Source: an uncultured Chthonomonadaceae bacterium (GTDB lineage Bacteria; Armatimonadota; Chthonomonadetes; Chthonomonadales; Chthonomonadaceae). Taken from it: a stretch of DNA of 64,000 bases. The stretch spans positions 64,001 to 128,000 of the forward strand of contig CAWFQB010000001.1 of assembly GCA_963817895.1 (NCBI GenBank), in the 5' to 3' direction. Within the stretch, counting starts at the first letter, position 1. Each line of letters starts with the position of its first letter. The position numbers and the translations under genes are program-made. The notes beneath the pieces are model-generated. The model saw only the letters and a program-made list of their open reading frames with translations, did no database searches and was not told the DNA's origin. Positions 1 through 11,187 of this stretch are shown in pieces.

Positions 1-909
1 AGCCGGTTGACAATCCCACCCCGCCCATAACGCAGCCCCGCCCCGGACACGCCGATTTTGCCGGGATGCTGAAATACCATTACGACGATTTGCGTCCGAT
101 TCTGGAGCGTTCCAGCGCGCGCAATACCGTTGCGCTTGTCGCCGTGGGAGCCATTTGCCGCCAACTTCTCGCGCATATACACATCGAAATCGTCAGCCAT
201 GTCACGGTGATCGGCGGCGTTCACGCGCATTTTGACCCCGGCGCGTCTTACCATAACATTGCCGCCCGCGCTGAAACGTCACCCGTTCGCTGCGGCGATC
301 CCGGATGCGGAAGCGCGGATGATCGCGGCCATTGATACGTGTATGCAGGAGGGGACGCGGGACACGCTTGGCGGCGTCTTTGAAGTTGTGGCGATGGGCT
401 GTCTGCCGGGATTGGGCAGTTTCGTGCATTGGGATCGCAAGCTGGACGCGCGGATCGCCTGCGCCATGATGAGCATACAGGCGATGAAGGGCGTGGAAAT
501 CGGCATGGGTTTTGGGGTCGGGGAAATCCCCGGTTCGCAAATCCATGATCCGATTTATTACGATGAGGCGCAGGGTTTTACGCGGGGAACCAACAGCGCG
601 GGCGGTATCGAGGGCGGCATGACGAACGGTGAGCCGGTTGTGGTTCGCGTCGCCATGAAGCCGCTTTCCACGCTGCCCACGCCCCTCGCTTCCGTAGACA
701 TGAAAACGCGGGAGGCCGTGAAAGCGCATTTCGAGCGTTCCGATGTGTGCGCCGTACCCGCAGCGGCCACGATTGGCGAAGCGATGATGGCAATCGTGCT
801 GACGGAAGCCGCGCTGGAAAAATTCGGCGGCGACAGCCTGGAAGAGTGGACCCGCAACGTTCGCGCCTATCGCGCCGATATTGAGGAACGAGGGTTTCGC
901 AAAGGATGA
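1..909 (+). CDS. aroC: Chorismate synthase (5' end outside the window; frameshift near 300)
   Basis: Motifs [31 protein letters not shown] and [11 protein letters not shown] spread over two frames. Confidence 0.95.
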
Positions 910-993
910 AGGATGAAGGATGAAGGAGATACGAGATACGAGATACGAGATACGAGAAGAGGATTTAGCCTTCATCCTTCATCCTTCATCCTT
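903..993. repeat. Inverted heptamer array element (AGGATGA)n-(GAGATAC)n-(TCATCCT)n
   Basis: Read directly from the sequence; supplies the aroC stop and the aroK start. Confidence 0.85.
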
Positions 994-1515
994 AAACCTT
1001 GTCCTCACCGGCTTCATGGGTACGGGCAAATCCACGTTGGGCAAATTGTGCGCGGCGCAATTGGGGTTTACATTTTGTGACAGCGATCAGGTGATTGAGG
1101 CGCAGGCGGGCTGCCCGGTTGCGGAACTGTTTCGGAGCGCAGGGTGAGGCGCGGTTTCGGGAATGGGAGCGAGAGGTTATCAGCGATCTGGCCGCAACGC
1201 CCCATCTGGTGATTGCGACGGGCGGCGGCGCAGTTCTGGACGCGATGAATGTCCAGACATTTGCGCGCAACGGGGCTGGTGGTGCTGCTGACCGCGTCGC
1301 CGGATGTGATTTTGCGGCGTGTGGGCGGGCGGCGTTCGCGTCCCCTGCTGGCAAACGCGCCCGATCCCCGCGCCCGCATTGTGGAGATGTTGGCGCAGCG
1401 GATAGCCGCGTATCGGCAGGCCGCGCATTGTCAGGTGGAAACTGGAACCCGCCCCGCCGCGCGAAATCGCCGAACACATCGTGATGCTGTACGAACTGGC
1501 AAAACAGTAGGATGA
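920..1515 (+). CDS. aroK: Shikimate kinase (frameshifted; N-terminus encoded by a heptamer repeat element)
   Basis: NLVLTGFMGTGKS Walker A, GEARFREWE, VIATGGG, RPLL; sits between aroC and aroB. Confidence 0.9.
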
Positions 1516-1541
1516 TTGCAGTAGGATGATTGGAGCAGTGT

Positions 1542-2636
1542 ATGGCGCAGGTTATTCCGGTTCCGTTGGGGGATCGGAGTTATAATATTCATATCGAGGC
1601 GGGGATGATTGCGGGTGGGCAAGCCGGAAATCTGCTGGCGGAGATTTTGCCCGGTCGGCGCGCGTGTCTGGTGACGCATCCCAAACTGGAAGCGCGATAC
1701 GCCGCGCCGATTGCGCAGGGCTTGGAAGCGCGGGGGATTGGAAGCGCGATTGTCACCGTTCCTCCCGGCGAACGCGGTAAAAATCTGGCGACCGTCGCGC
1801 GTTTGTACCGCGCGTTCGCTCAATCAAAACTGGATCGCAAAAGCGTGGTTGTGGCGGTGGGCGGGGGGGTATTGGGCGATATGGCCGGTTTCGCCGCCGC
1901 CTCCTATTTGCGCGGTATCGGCTTTGCGCAGGTTCCCACAACCCTGCTGGCGCAGGTGGATGCGAGCGTGGGCGGCAAAACCGGCGTGGATTTGCCCGAA
2001 GGCAAAAATCTGGTGGGCGCGTTCCATCAGCCGCTGGCCGTGCTGATTGACCCGGATACCCTGCTGACCCTGCCCCGTCGCGAACTGCGGGCCGGTTTGG
2101 CCGAGGTAATCAAGTATGGTATAATTTACGATGAGAGGTTTTTCCATCGTATTGGCGCGGATGTAAAACTGCTGTTGAGCGGGGATGCGGTTGCGCTTTC
2201 TCATGCCATTGCGCGTTCGTGCGAGATCAAGGCGGAAGTGGTTGCGCAGGACGAGACGGAGCAGGGATTGCGCGCCATTCTCAACTTCGGGCATACGGTT
2301 GGACATGCGCTGGAAGCCGTCACCCATTATCGGCGCTACAAACATGGCGAGGCGGTTGCTATCGGCATGGTATCCGCGTGTCTTGTGGGCGAGGAACTGA
2401 ACCTGACGCCGCCCGAAGTGACGCGCCAATTGGAAGCCGCGCTCAAGGCTGCCGGACTGCCGACAGCGTTTCCCGCTGATGTGGACGCGGACGCGATTCT
2501 GGAAGCGGCGCAACGCGACAAGAAAACGCTGGACGGCAAATTGCGCTTTGTGCTGGCGACGCAATTGGGAACCGTGCAGGTGGTAAACGACGTACCTGCA
2601 AATGCGATACGCGCCGCGCTTGCCCGACAGTCTTAG
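1542..2636 (+). CDS. aroB: 3-dehydroquinate synthase
   Basis: GGGVLGDMAGF, PTTLLAQVDASVGGKTG, LNFGHTVGHALE, HGEAVAIGM. Confidence 0.97.
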   Translation: MAQVIPVPLGDRSYNIHIEAGMIAGGQAGNLLAEILPGRRACLVTHPKLEARYAAPIAQGLEARGIGSAIVTVPPGERGKNLATVARLYRAFAQSKLDRKSVVVAVGGGVLGDMAGFAAASYLRGIGFAQVPTTLLAQVDASVGGKTGVDLPEGKNLVGAFHQPLAVLIDPDTLLTLPRRELRAGLAEVIKYGIIYDERFFHRIGADVKLLLSGDAVALSHAIARSCEIKAEVVAQDETEQGLRAILNFGHTVGHALEAVTHYRRYKHGEAVAIGMVSACLVGEELNLTPPEVTRQLEAALKAAGLPTAFPADVDADAILEAAQRDKKTLDGKLRFVLATQLGTVQVVNDVPANAIRAALARQS

Positions 2637-2747
2637 ATCGGTATTCAGGTGTTCGGTGTTCAGGTGTTCGGGCATTTCAAACACGGAAGGTTTTACCATA
2701 ATCAGTTTAACGCCTGAATTTGCCGCGAAGAGGACGCGCCCGATGTT

Positions 2748-3029
2748 TTGCCTGCGCCCGTCAATACGCTGCTGGCAACGCTGTGGGTAGCATTGTTCGG
2801 CGGGCGCTGGCTGCTTGTGCCGATGCTGCAAATGGTGGGGCTGCTGTCACCCGATCAGACTGCCGATTGGGATGAGGGCATTTTAGCCAAACTGTATCTG
2901 ATTTTACTGTCTATCACCTGTGTTGTGTTGGCCTTACGCGCTGTTCGGCGTTGCAAAGTGGCAACGCTGCGCCTGCGCCGAAGAGAGACGAAACAACGTG
3001 ATCAATCAACTCGTGAGTCAGCGCTATGA
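2748..3029 (+). CDS. Small membrane protein, hypothetical
   Basis: Two hydrophobic segments; fills the gap between aroB and the kinase; start uncertain. Confidence 0.55.
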   Translation: MPAPVNTLLATLWVALFGGRWLLVPMLQMVGLLSPDQTADWDEGILAKLYLILLSITCVVLALRAVRRCKVATLRLRRRETKQRDQSTRESAL

Positions 3030-5007
3030 AGTGCTGGAAAAAATCGGCGAAGGGCCGCTGTTCACCGTGTACAAAGCGCGGGACAAGCATCAGAATCGCG
3101 TGGTGGCCCTGAAAGCCGTTGCGGGCGCGTTTGTTCGGGACAGCGCGCTTGCTGGAGGGCTTGCAGCGCGGCTTGAGGCCAGCGCCAACCTGAACCAGCC
3201 GAACATCACGCAATTTTACGAGTGGGGGCAGGAGAACGACGCGGCTTATGCGGCTGTCGAGTTTGTGCGCGGCATCAATCTGCGCGAACGCATCCGCCGC
3301 ATCGCGCCGTTCACGCTTTCCGTTGCCGTAGATGTGGGCGTCGCCATCAGCGAGGCGCTGCAATACGCGCACAGTCAGGGACAAACGCACGGCGACCTGC
3401 GCCCGCATAACATGATTGTCACCCCGGAGGGAGCCGTCAAGGTTACGGACTTCGGCGTGATGGCTGGCGTGGCGCAATCTCCCCGCGCTCAGGCCGATGT
3501 GCTGGCGCGTTCCGCGCCCTATCGCGCCCCGGAACTCACGCCTTCGCAGGCGGGCAGCGTGGCGGGCGACATTTACGCGCTCGGCGCGATTTTCTATGAG
3601 ATGCTGACCGGCGCGACCTTGTACGCGGGCGATTCGCTGGACGCCATTGCTGACCAACACGCCTATTCTCCCATTCCCCTGCCCCGCGTTATCAATCCCG
3701 GCGTTCCCCGCTCTGTGGAGGGCATCATTGTCAAGTGCCTGCAAAAGCGCCCCGAAGCTCGCTACCGCACCGCGAACGAAGTTCTCAGCGATCTGAAATC
3801 CGTCCACGACGCGCTGCGCTTCGGCAAGCCCCTGTCGTGGTCTCCGGTAGACGCGGACAAACTCGCCAATGACGTGCCGGTACGGAGGGGACAGGAGGAA
3901 GAAGGGAAAAGGGAAAAGGGAAAAGGGAAAAGCGCAGGGGAGCAATTAATTGCGCCCTCCTCCAATACGCCCGGTGAGCAACCCTCAACCCGCCCATTCT
4001 CCCCAACGGGAAGGACACAACTCTCAACCAATACAGCCTATGCCTTCCAACAACCGTTTGCGCCGGGATGATGAGCGCGTTTCCGTCGTGCTGAAAATCG
4101 CTATCGGCATGGTCACGGGCGTTATCATCGCCTGTCTGATCGCCATTGCCGGCATTTATGCCGAGAAGTGGATTGAGCCGGAACCCGTTATTGTGCCGAA
4201 AATGGTCGGCAAGGCCGTTGATGAGGTTCGGGCGTTCGCGCAGCAGAAGAAACTGCATTTGATTGAACACGCCGGTCTACACTTCGCAGCCGCGCGGAAT
4301 TGTCTTTAAAACGGATGAGGTCTTGGGGCAGAAACTGAAGCAGGGACAGGACTTCAACATCTGGTACAGCAAGGGGCTGACGTATGTGCCGGTTCCCAAC
4401 GTGGTCGGCCTGCCCCGCGACGAAGCGGAACAGAAGATTAAGGATGCGGGGCTGACGGTCGGCAAGGTGACGCCGGAATACAGCGACAAAGTTGCCGTCA
4501 ACAGCATCATTTCCCAAAACGTTTCTTACAAGAAAACCATTCTGCACGATATGCCTATCGGCCTGGTCGTCAGCGATGGCCCGAAACCCGATTACGGCAC
4601 GGACCCCAACCCGGACAGCGGCAATGCGAATCCGCCCCCGCAGCCGGAAGGCGTTCCCACCAACGGCAACGAAAATACCGACTCGACCGCAACGCCCTAT
4701 CAGGAGCCGCACGCCGAACCCGGTGGACGATCCGGGCAACAGCGAGTCGCACGAGTTCAAGCGCAAAATACAGGTGCAAAAAGATGGCTTGGGCAAGCGC
4801 AAGGTAAAAGTAGAATTCGTAGACGCGAACGGCCTGAGCGTAACGCCGGTCACGGATGCAGTGTACGGCGAGGATGACAGCATTCACCTGAACTTCACGT
4901 ATTTCGGCAAGAAAATCACCCTGCGCGTGTACTACAACGATCAATTGAGCTTTACGCAAAACTTTCAATCCCGCTACGGAGAAGGACGGCATGAGGTAGG
5001 TTGCTAA
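2998..5007 (+). CDS. Hanks-type Ser/Thr kinase with TM helix and PASTA domains (PknB/Stk1-like; several frameshifts)
   Basis: RYEVLEKIGEG, VALK, HGDLRPHN, KVTDFG, APE; TM segment near 4085-4165; PASTA repeats VPKMVGK and VPNVVGLPRDEA. Confidence 0.9.
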
Positions 5008-5083
5008 GTTGTTAGGTTGTTAGGTTGTTAGGTATGAGTCTTGTTCTCATATCTTGTATCTTGTATCTCGTATCTGGAACAAC

Positions 5084-5760
5084 ATGAGCCACGCAAACAG
5101 CATTGTAATCGCGCCGTCTATTTTGTCGGCGGACTTTGGGAATCTGGCGCAGGCGGCGCGGGATGTGGAAGCGGCGGGAGCCGAGTATCTGCACATTGAC
5201 GTGATGGACGGCATGTTCGTGCCAAACATCACGATTGGCGTTCCCGTCGTCAAAGGATTGCGCCCCGCGTCGCAGGCGTTTTTCGACGCGCATCTGATGA
5301 TCGTACAGCCGGAGCGGTACGTGGAAGCGTTCGCGCAGGCGGGCGCGAACGGCATCACGGTTCATGCGGAAGCCTGTACGCACTTGCAGCGGACGCTGGC
5401 GCTGATACGAGACGCGGGCGCGAAAGCGGGCGTCGCCCTGAACCCCGCCACGCCGCCCGACGTACTGGAATATGTCTTGGATGATCTGGATTTGATTCTG
5501 GTAATGACGGTCAATCCCGGCTTTGGCGGCCAGAAGTTTCTGCCCTGCCATGCTGCCCAAAATACAGCGCGTGAAGGAGATGATTGCCCGCGCTGTCCCA
5601 TCCCATTCATCTGGAAGTGGATGGCGGCATTACGCCCCAAACCGCGCCGCTCGTTGTAGGGGCGGGCGCAACCGCGCTGGTTGCAGGCACGGCCATTTAC
5701 GGACACGCGGGCGGACTGGAACCGGCGATACGGGAGTTGCGGACAGCGGCAGGAGGGTAA
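5084..5760 (+). CDS. rpe: Ribulose-phosphate 3-epimerase (frameshifted near the 3' end)
   Basis: IAPSILSADF, HIDVMDGMFVPNITIG, MTVNPGFGGQKF, LEVDGG. Confidence 0.95.
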
Positions 5761-5764
5761 CAGA

Positions 5765-6265
5765 ATGAATGATACGCCTACAGTATATCAATCGCTGATT
5801 TCAGCCAAATCGCGGCGGCTGCGCGCGTATCGCTTCTGTTTTGCTGGCAATGGTTCTTGCCATGACGCTGTATGGCTACTATCAGCCTGATGCCCTCGCT
5901 GCGAGTTGCCGCCGCCCGCATGGAGCAGGACAATAAGCGTCCGGCGACAACCGCTTCCAGCACCACAAATCACGCCACTGCCCGCGCAGGATACGGTAGC
6001 GCGAATGTCGCAGCGAGAACGGGACGCGCAGGCCGCCAAACTGGTCTTCGCGTATGCCTACTGGGGCGTGTGCCTGTCCCTGCTCGTTGCCCTGATGCTG
6101 GTCGCGTGGCTGGACTTCCGCGAAGTGGGCCGCAGTTTCGATCAACAGCAGGCGGCCATCTTCGCCGGCTTCGCTGAAAAACGAAACCACGCCAAACCGA
6201 TTAAACCACGGGGAACACGGGGTGAGGAGAGGGGAACAACAATACAGTGGTGGCAGGAAACATAG
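5765..6265 (+). CDS. Hypothetical membrane protein (frameshifted)
   Basis: Hydrophobic segments such as VFAYAYWGVCLSLLVALMLVAWLDF; SD-like AGGAGG before ATG 5765. Confidence 0.55.
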
Positions 6266-6320
6266 ATGTGTTTTCTACTTTGGTTCGTATTCTCCGTGTC
6301 CCCCGTGTTCCCCGTGGTTT
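6203..6320. repeat. ACCACGG-type inverted 9-mer array element (related copy at 15825-16017)
   Basis: AAACCACGGGGAACACGGGG ... CCCCGTGTTCCCCGTGGTTT. Confidence 0.8.
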
Positions 6321-6350
6321 ATATCTCCTCGGTAGCAGGTGGGTGAAGTG

Positions 6351-7507
6351 GTGAATGAGGATGCGCGTTGGATGCGCCGCGCGCTGAAGTTGGCGCAGAA
6401 TAGTTTTGCCACGCCGAACCCGATGGTGGGCTGTGTGCTGGTACGCGATGGCGTGATTGTCGGGGAAGGCTGGACGCAGCCGGTTGGGCAGGCCCATGCG
6501 GAAGCGATGGCGTTGCGCGACGCAGGGGAACATGCGAAGGGCGCGACCGCGTATGTAACGCTGGAGCCGTGCTGCCACTGGGGGCGAACGCCGCCGTGCA
6601 GCGACGCGCTGATTGCGGCGGGCGTGGCGCACGTGGTGGCGGCAACAGTGGACAGCAACCCGCAGCGTGGGCGGGCAGGGGATTGCGCAATTGCAGGGCG
6701 GCAGGCATAGAGGTGACGGTCGGGCGTTTTGGAACAGGAGGCGCGGGCGTTCAACGAGGCGTTCTTCCATTTTCAGGCAACCCAAACGCCGTTTGTCACG
6801 CTGAAAACCGCCATGACGCTGGACGGCAAAATCGCCACGCGCACCGGACAGTTCACAATGGATTACGGGCGCAATTGCCAGGCAGTATGTGCATAAACTG
6901 CGCGCGCAGGCGGGCGCGGTTATGGTGGGCATTGGAACGCTGCTTGGCCGATGACGCGCAATTAACGGCGCGTTTGCCCAATGTGGCACTTCCGCGCCAG
7001 CCCGATGCGTATTATCGTGGACAGCCGGTTACGGACGCCGCCGGATTGCCGCGCGGTTCGCGCCATTCAGCCGCGATACAAGCGCGATGGAGCAAAATGA
7101 ATGCGGCAGCGAATGTTCCCGCGCCCCTGCTGATTGCCACAACGGAGCAGGCGGACAGCGAACGCGCAGAGATTTTGCGGCAGGCGGGCGCGGAAGTGGT
7201 TCGGTTGCCTGCAGCGGAAAGTGGGCGCGTGGATTTGACGGCCCTGATGAAGGTTCTGGCGTCCCGGCAAATCAGCAGCGTTCTGGTCGAGGGCGGCGGC
7301 GAACTGAACGCGGCGTTGCTTGCGGATGGTCTGGCGCATAAGATGCTGTGCTTTGTGGCTCCGAAACTGATCGGCGGGCGCGACGCTCCGACACCGATTG
7401 AGGGCGCGGGCATTGCGCAAATGTCGGACGCCATTTTGCTGGACAAATTGACGGTGCGGCGGTTCGGCGCGGATATTGCCTTGGAAGGACGCATACAGTC
7501 GCCGTAA
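6351..7507 (+). CDS. ribD: Bifunctional riboflavin deaminase/reductase RibD (frameshifted)
   Basis: PNPMVGCV, HAE, TLEPCCHWGRTPPC, TLDGKIA, VLVEGGGEL. Confidence 0.95.
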
Positions 7508-7512
7508 AAGAA

Positions 7513-7544
7513 TTAGCCGCGAATGAACGCGAATAAACGCGAAT
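7513..7544 (+). repeat. 32-bp dispersed repeat TTAGCCGCGAATRMACGCGAATRMACGCRAAT (also 30983, 48912, 56623)
   Basis: Four near-identical copies seen in the window. Confidence 0.85.
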
Positions 7545-7589
7545 CAGCGTCGTTTATCCTTGACACCTAGAGTGTGATAGAGAACGCTT

Positions 7590-8219
7590 ATGTTTACAGG
7601 ATTGGTTGAAGAAACAGGAACGGTTGTTGCGATTGAACTGGCGGAACGCTCGGCGCGGCTGACCGTGCAGGCTCCGCTCACGCATCAGGACGCGCATTTG
7701 GGCGACAGCATCGCCGTCAATGGCTGCTGCCTGACCGTTGTGGCGCAGCAGGACGACCGGCTGACGTTCGACGCCGTGCCGGAAACGCTCGACCGCACAA
7801 ATTTAGGCGCGCTTAATGTCCGGTTCGCGGGTGTAATCTTGAGCGGCCGCTTGCTGTTGGGGCGCGATTGGGCGGGCATTTTGTGCAGGGGCATATAGAC
7901 GGCGTGGGCATTGTGCGCGCGCTGACGCCCGAAGAAAACGCGGTTGTCATGGAAATCGAAATGCCTGCTGCGCCTGCGCCGCTACTTTGTGGAAAAAGGT
8001 TCCGTGACCGTAGATGGCGTCAGCCTGACGGTTGCCGAAGTGCGACCGGAAACCTTTACCGTCTGGACAATTCCCCACACTCGCGAAATCACCACGCTGG
8101 GCGAGCGCAAGCCGGGAGATCGCGTGAACCTGGAATGTGATTTGCTCGGCAAGTATATGGAGCGTTTGCTGTCGGAACGCCTGGAAGCTGTGTCTTCTAC
8201 GTTAAAATTTTGCTCATGA
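7590..8219 (+). CDS. ribE: Riboflavin synthase alpha chain (frameshifted)
   Basis: N-terminal MFTGLVEE, GDSIAVNGCCLTV, GGHFVQGHIDG, KGSVTVDGVSLTV. Confidence 0.95.
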
Positions 8220-8330
8220 CGAAACCAAAACGAATTTCTCACTCTGTTACGCGAAGGTTTCCGCGCGGCCGCCCCCGTGCTGTTTCGTGTTTCCCCATAC
8301 TTCCCGTCTCGACTGCGCCGCCGTTCTCGC

Positions 8331-9627
8331 ATGAGGTACGGCGTGACGTCGCGTCGCCTTGCCTGCCTGCCGCCTTGCGCTTGCGGGCAGCCTTATCGTC
8401 GACCGCGCTGCGCCGGGCGTGCGGGCGCAATCCGCGCCCCATCGACAGGCAGGGAAAACGGCGCAAAATCCCTGCCGATGCAGGCTGCGCCTGTCGCCTG
8501 CGCCAGACAATCGGTCCGGCTTCCAGACTGCCGCTGCCGATTGTGCGCGTGACGCTTTCCCGGCCCGTTTACGACATTGCCATTGATCCCAAAACCGGCG
8601 CTCCGCAGATGCCGCGCGATGTGACCGCCATTGCGCAAATCGCTGAACTGGCCTGCCGACACGCCCCTGCCCAATCCTTTACCTGGCATGTCGCGCTGGA
8701 CTGGGATTATAAGCCGTTTCCCACGCATCACGACATCAGCAAAGCCACTTTCGTTCATGCCAGCCCCTTTACGGTTGACTTCGGCAAGCAGATACGCGGC
8801 GGCAAACTGACCGTAACGGCGAAAGCCACGGTAAACGGGCGCGAAATCAGCGGGCAGGCAACGGCCATTGTGCGGGGCGTAAACCCCTCGCAGTACGGCC
8901 ATTTTGAAGGCGTTTCCGCGTACCCGCTTCGGCCTGATCGCGTCCAAAGTGGCGATGGCGGAAAGCAGTATGTGCCAGTTTACCCCCCCTGGCAAAAACG
9001 ATCCGGGCGGCATGCCCAACATGTCGCGCACCAACGATCTGGGCATCATGCAGCTTAACGCGCCCACAGGAAGCGTCACCAGCGCGGATCAAATCTGGGA
9101 CTGGCGCGAAAATGTGCGGCGGGGCATGGACGAACTGACGGGCAAGCAGCGGACGGCGCTGCAAGCGTCGCGTAACGCGCTCGAATCCGACCGACTGCCC
9201 GATCAAACCGCCATTTCCCTGAGCCTGCTGAACTTTTGTCGCGGGTTCATGGGGCTTGCGCCCGCGAAACTGCCCCCTCCCGCGCCGCTCTCCCCGCTTC
9301 CCGGCACGGGGGTTCTGCCCGACGACCCGGATGTGGACCATCTGAAGTCTGAGCCAGTTGGAGCGCGAGGCTATCCGCCGCTACAATGGCGGGCGGGAAT
9401 ACATGTTCGCGTTTCTTCCCGGCGCGGTTTTGCCGGAAATCAGTTGGGCCGGCTGGCAGGTAGACCCCACGCGGGGCGGCATCAGTTCCCGTTCGGGCGA
9501 TCTGGATTACGTCCGGCACGTCCTGCGCGCCCACAGCGGCCTGACCCTGCCCCCGCCGCCCAAACCGCAAACCAAACACGACGGCAAACACTCTTCACAT
9601 CATAAATCGCGCCGTCGGCATAAGTAA
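8331..9627 (+). CDS. Exported protein with a lysozyme-like/lytic transglycosylase C-terminal domain (frameshifted; start approximate)
   Basis: Ordered motifs AMAES, DLGIMQL, WRENVRRG, AIRRYNGG. Confidence 0.6.
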
Positions 9628-9710
9628 CGATATAGCGGCCAAGTGTTCAAAACGCTTGCTGTGAAACAGGGTTCCGGGAATCTTCAATCCCCGGCGGACT
9701 TCACATAGCC

Positions 9711-10652
9711 ATGTCCAACCAACCACCAACCACCAACCACCAACCACCAATCCTATCCCTACTGGAAACCGAACTGCGCAACCCGCGCACGACGGAACTG
9801 GACACGCTGCCGACGGTCTGCGCTTGTGGAAACGCTTACATGCGGAAAACTATGCGGTTGCGGATGCGGTTGCCGTTGCGCTTCCGATTGTGGCGCAGGT
9901 GGTGGACATTCTGGCCGAGCGTTTGGGGAGTGGCGGACGGTTGTTTTATGTGGGCGCGGGCACGAGCGGGCGATTGGGCGTACTGGATGCCAGCGAATGT
10001 CCGCCCACCTTTGGCGTTTCTCGCGAACTGGTGCAGGGGATTATCGCGGGCGGCGAAACCGCGCTGACAACTTCGATTGAGGGCGCGGAAGACAGTCCCG
10101 ACGTGGGCGCGGCAGACTTGCGGGCGCGCAATATTACGGCAAACGATGTGGTCGTGGGCATTGCCGCCAGTGGCCGGACGCCCTATGTCATTGGCGCATT
10201 GGACGCGGCGCGGCAAATCGGAGCCGCTGCGGTTGCGGTTGTAAACGTTTCGCAGGCGCAAATGCGGCGAACATGCCGACCTGACTATCGCGGCCGTCAC
10301 CGGCCCGGAAGCCCTGACGGGTTCCACGCGCCTGAAAGCGGGCACGGCGCAAAAAATGGTTCTCAATCTGCTGACAACGGCGGCGATGGTGCGGCTGGGC
10401 AAAGTGTACGGCAATCTTATGGTGGACGTGCGGGCGACCAACGTAAAGCTGCGGGATCGCGCCATTCGCATTGTGCAGGCCGCCACCACTGCCGACTACA
10501 ATCAGGCGCAAGCCGCTTTGAACGCCTGCGACTGGCATTGCAAAACCGCCATCGTGATGCTGGAATGTGATCTCAGCGCGTCCGAAGCCACACAGCGCTT
10601 ACAGGAAGCGAACGGTTGGGTACGCGCCGCGCTTGAAGCATGCGACAGATAG
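9711..10652 (+). CDS. murQ: N-acetylmuramic acid 6-phosphate etherase (frameshifted)
   Basis: [50 protein letters not shown]. Confidence 0.96.
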
Positions 10653-10847
10653 AAAGAGAAAAGTGTAAGCGAATTGTGTCAACACTGCTACTACAATCGT
10701 TCTGTGCCGGACAATGCTGCTACCCCGTAATACTGACAGATTTGGACTGTACAGCGAAAACAACCCGTAAGAATTGCTTCCTGTGTGGAATAAGGTTATT
10801 GTGAGACGTTCGCTAAGGAAAAAGGTTGGATACAGGGAGGTTACAGA

Positions 10848-10928
10848 ATGTTGCTGTCGGTTGTGATGGTGATGATGGCGCTGATGTGTATGTTCAGCGC
10901 GCTTAAAATGGTAACGGAGAGTTTCTAA
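10848..10928 (+). CDS. 26-aa Met-rich hydrophobic small protein MLLSVVMVMMALMCMFSALKMVTESF
   Basis: Strong SD GGGAGG 7 nt before ATG 10848; TAA at 10926-10928; below the ORF-track size cutoff. Confidence 0.55.
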   Translation: MLLSVVMVMMALMCMFSALKMVTESF

Positions 10929-11055
10929 CAGGTCAGCGTAGAGGACAATATCAGATAGCGCGGGAATTCCCGCCATTAACAGGGGCGTTTAAGTACGAGC
11001 CAATGGCTCATTGACATAATTCAGAGGTAACTTAATACAGGTAATTTAATACAGA

Positions 11056-11104
11056 AAACAACGCCGTCAATCTCAATATAGAGACTGGCGGCGTTGTTCT
11101 ATTA
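11056..11104 (+). terminator. Hairpin, probable intrinsic terminator
   Basis: AACAACGCCGTCA ... TGGCGGCGTTGTT inverted repeat followed by CTATT. Confidence 0.5.
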
Positions 11105-11116
11105 ACGGCGTATTAG

Positions 11117-11162
11117 AAGTTCATGTTGGCGTAGCAAGCGACGCCCCTACCAACATGAACTT
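11117..11162. repeat. Inverted repeat with a GTAG-REP-like core just downstream of the clostripain gene
   Basis: AAGTTCATGTTGG ... CCAACATGAACTT arms; minus-strand core GTAGGGGCGTCGCTTGCTACGCC. Confidence 0.5.
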
Positions 11163-11187
11163 GCGCAAGTTCACAAACACTTGTGAA

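Noticed and set aside
6265..6350. FMN riboswitch upstream of ribD
   Set aside because: The space is filled by the ACCACGG inverted element, and no FMN aptamer consensus is visible.
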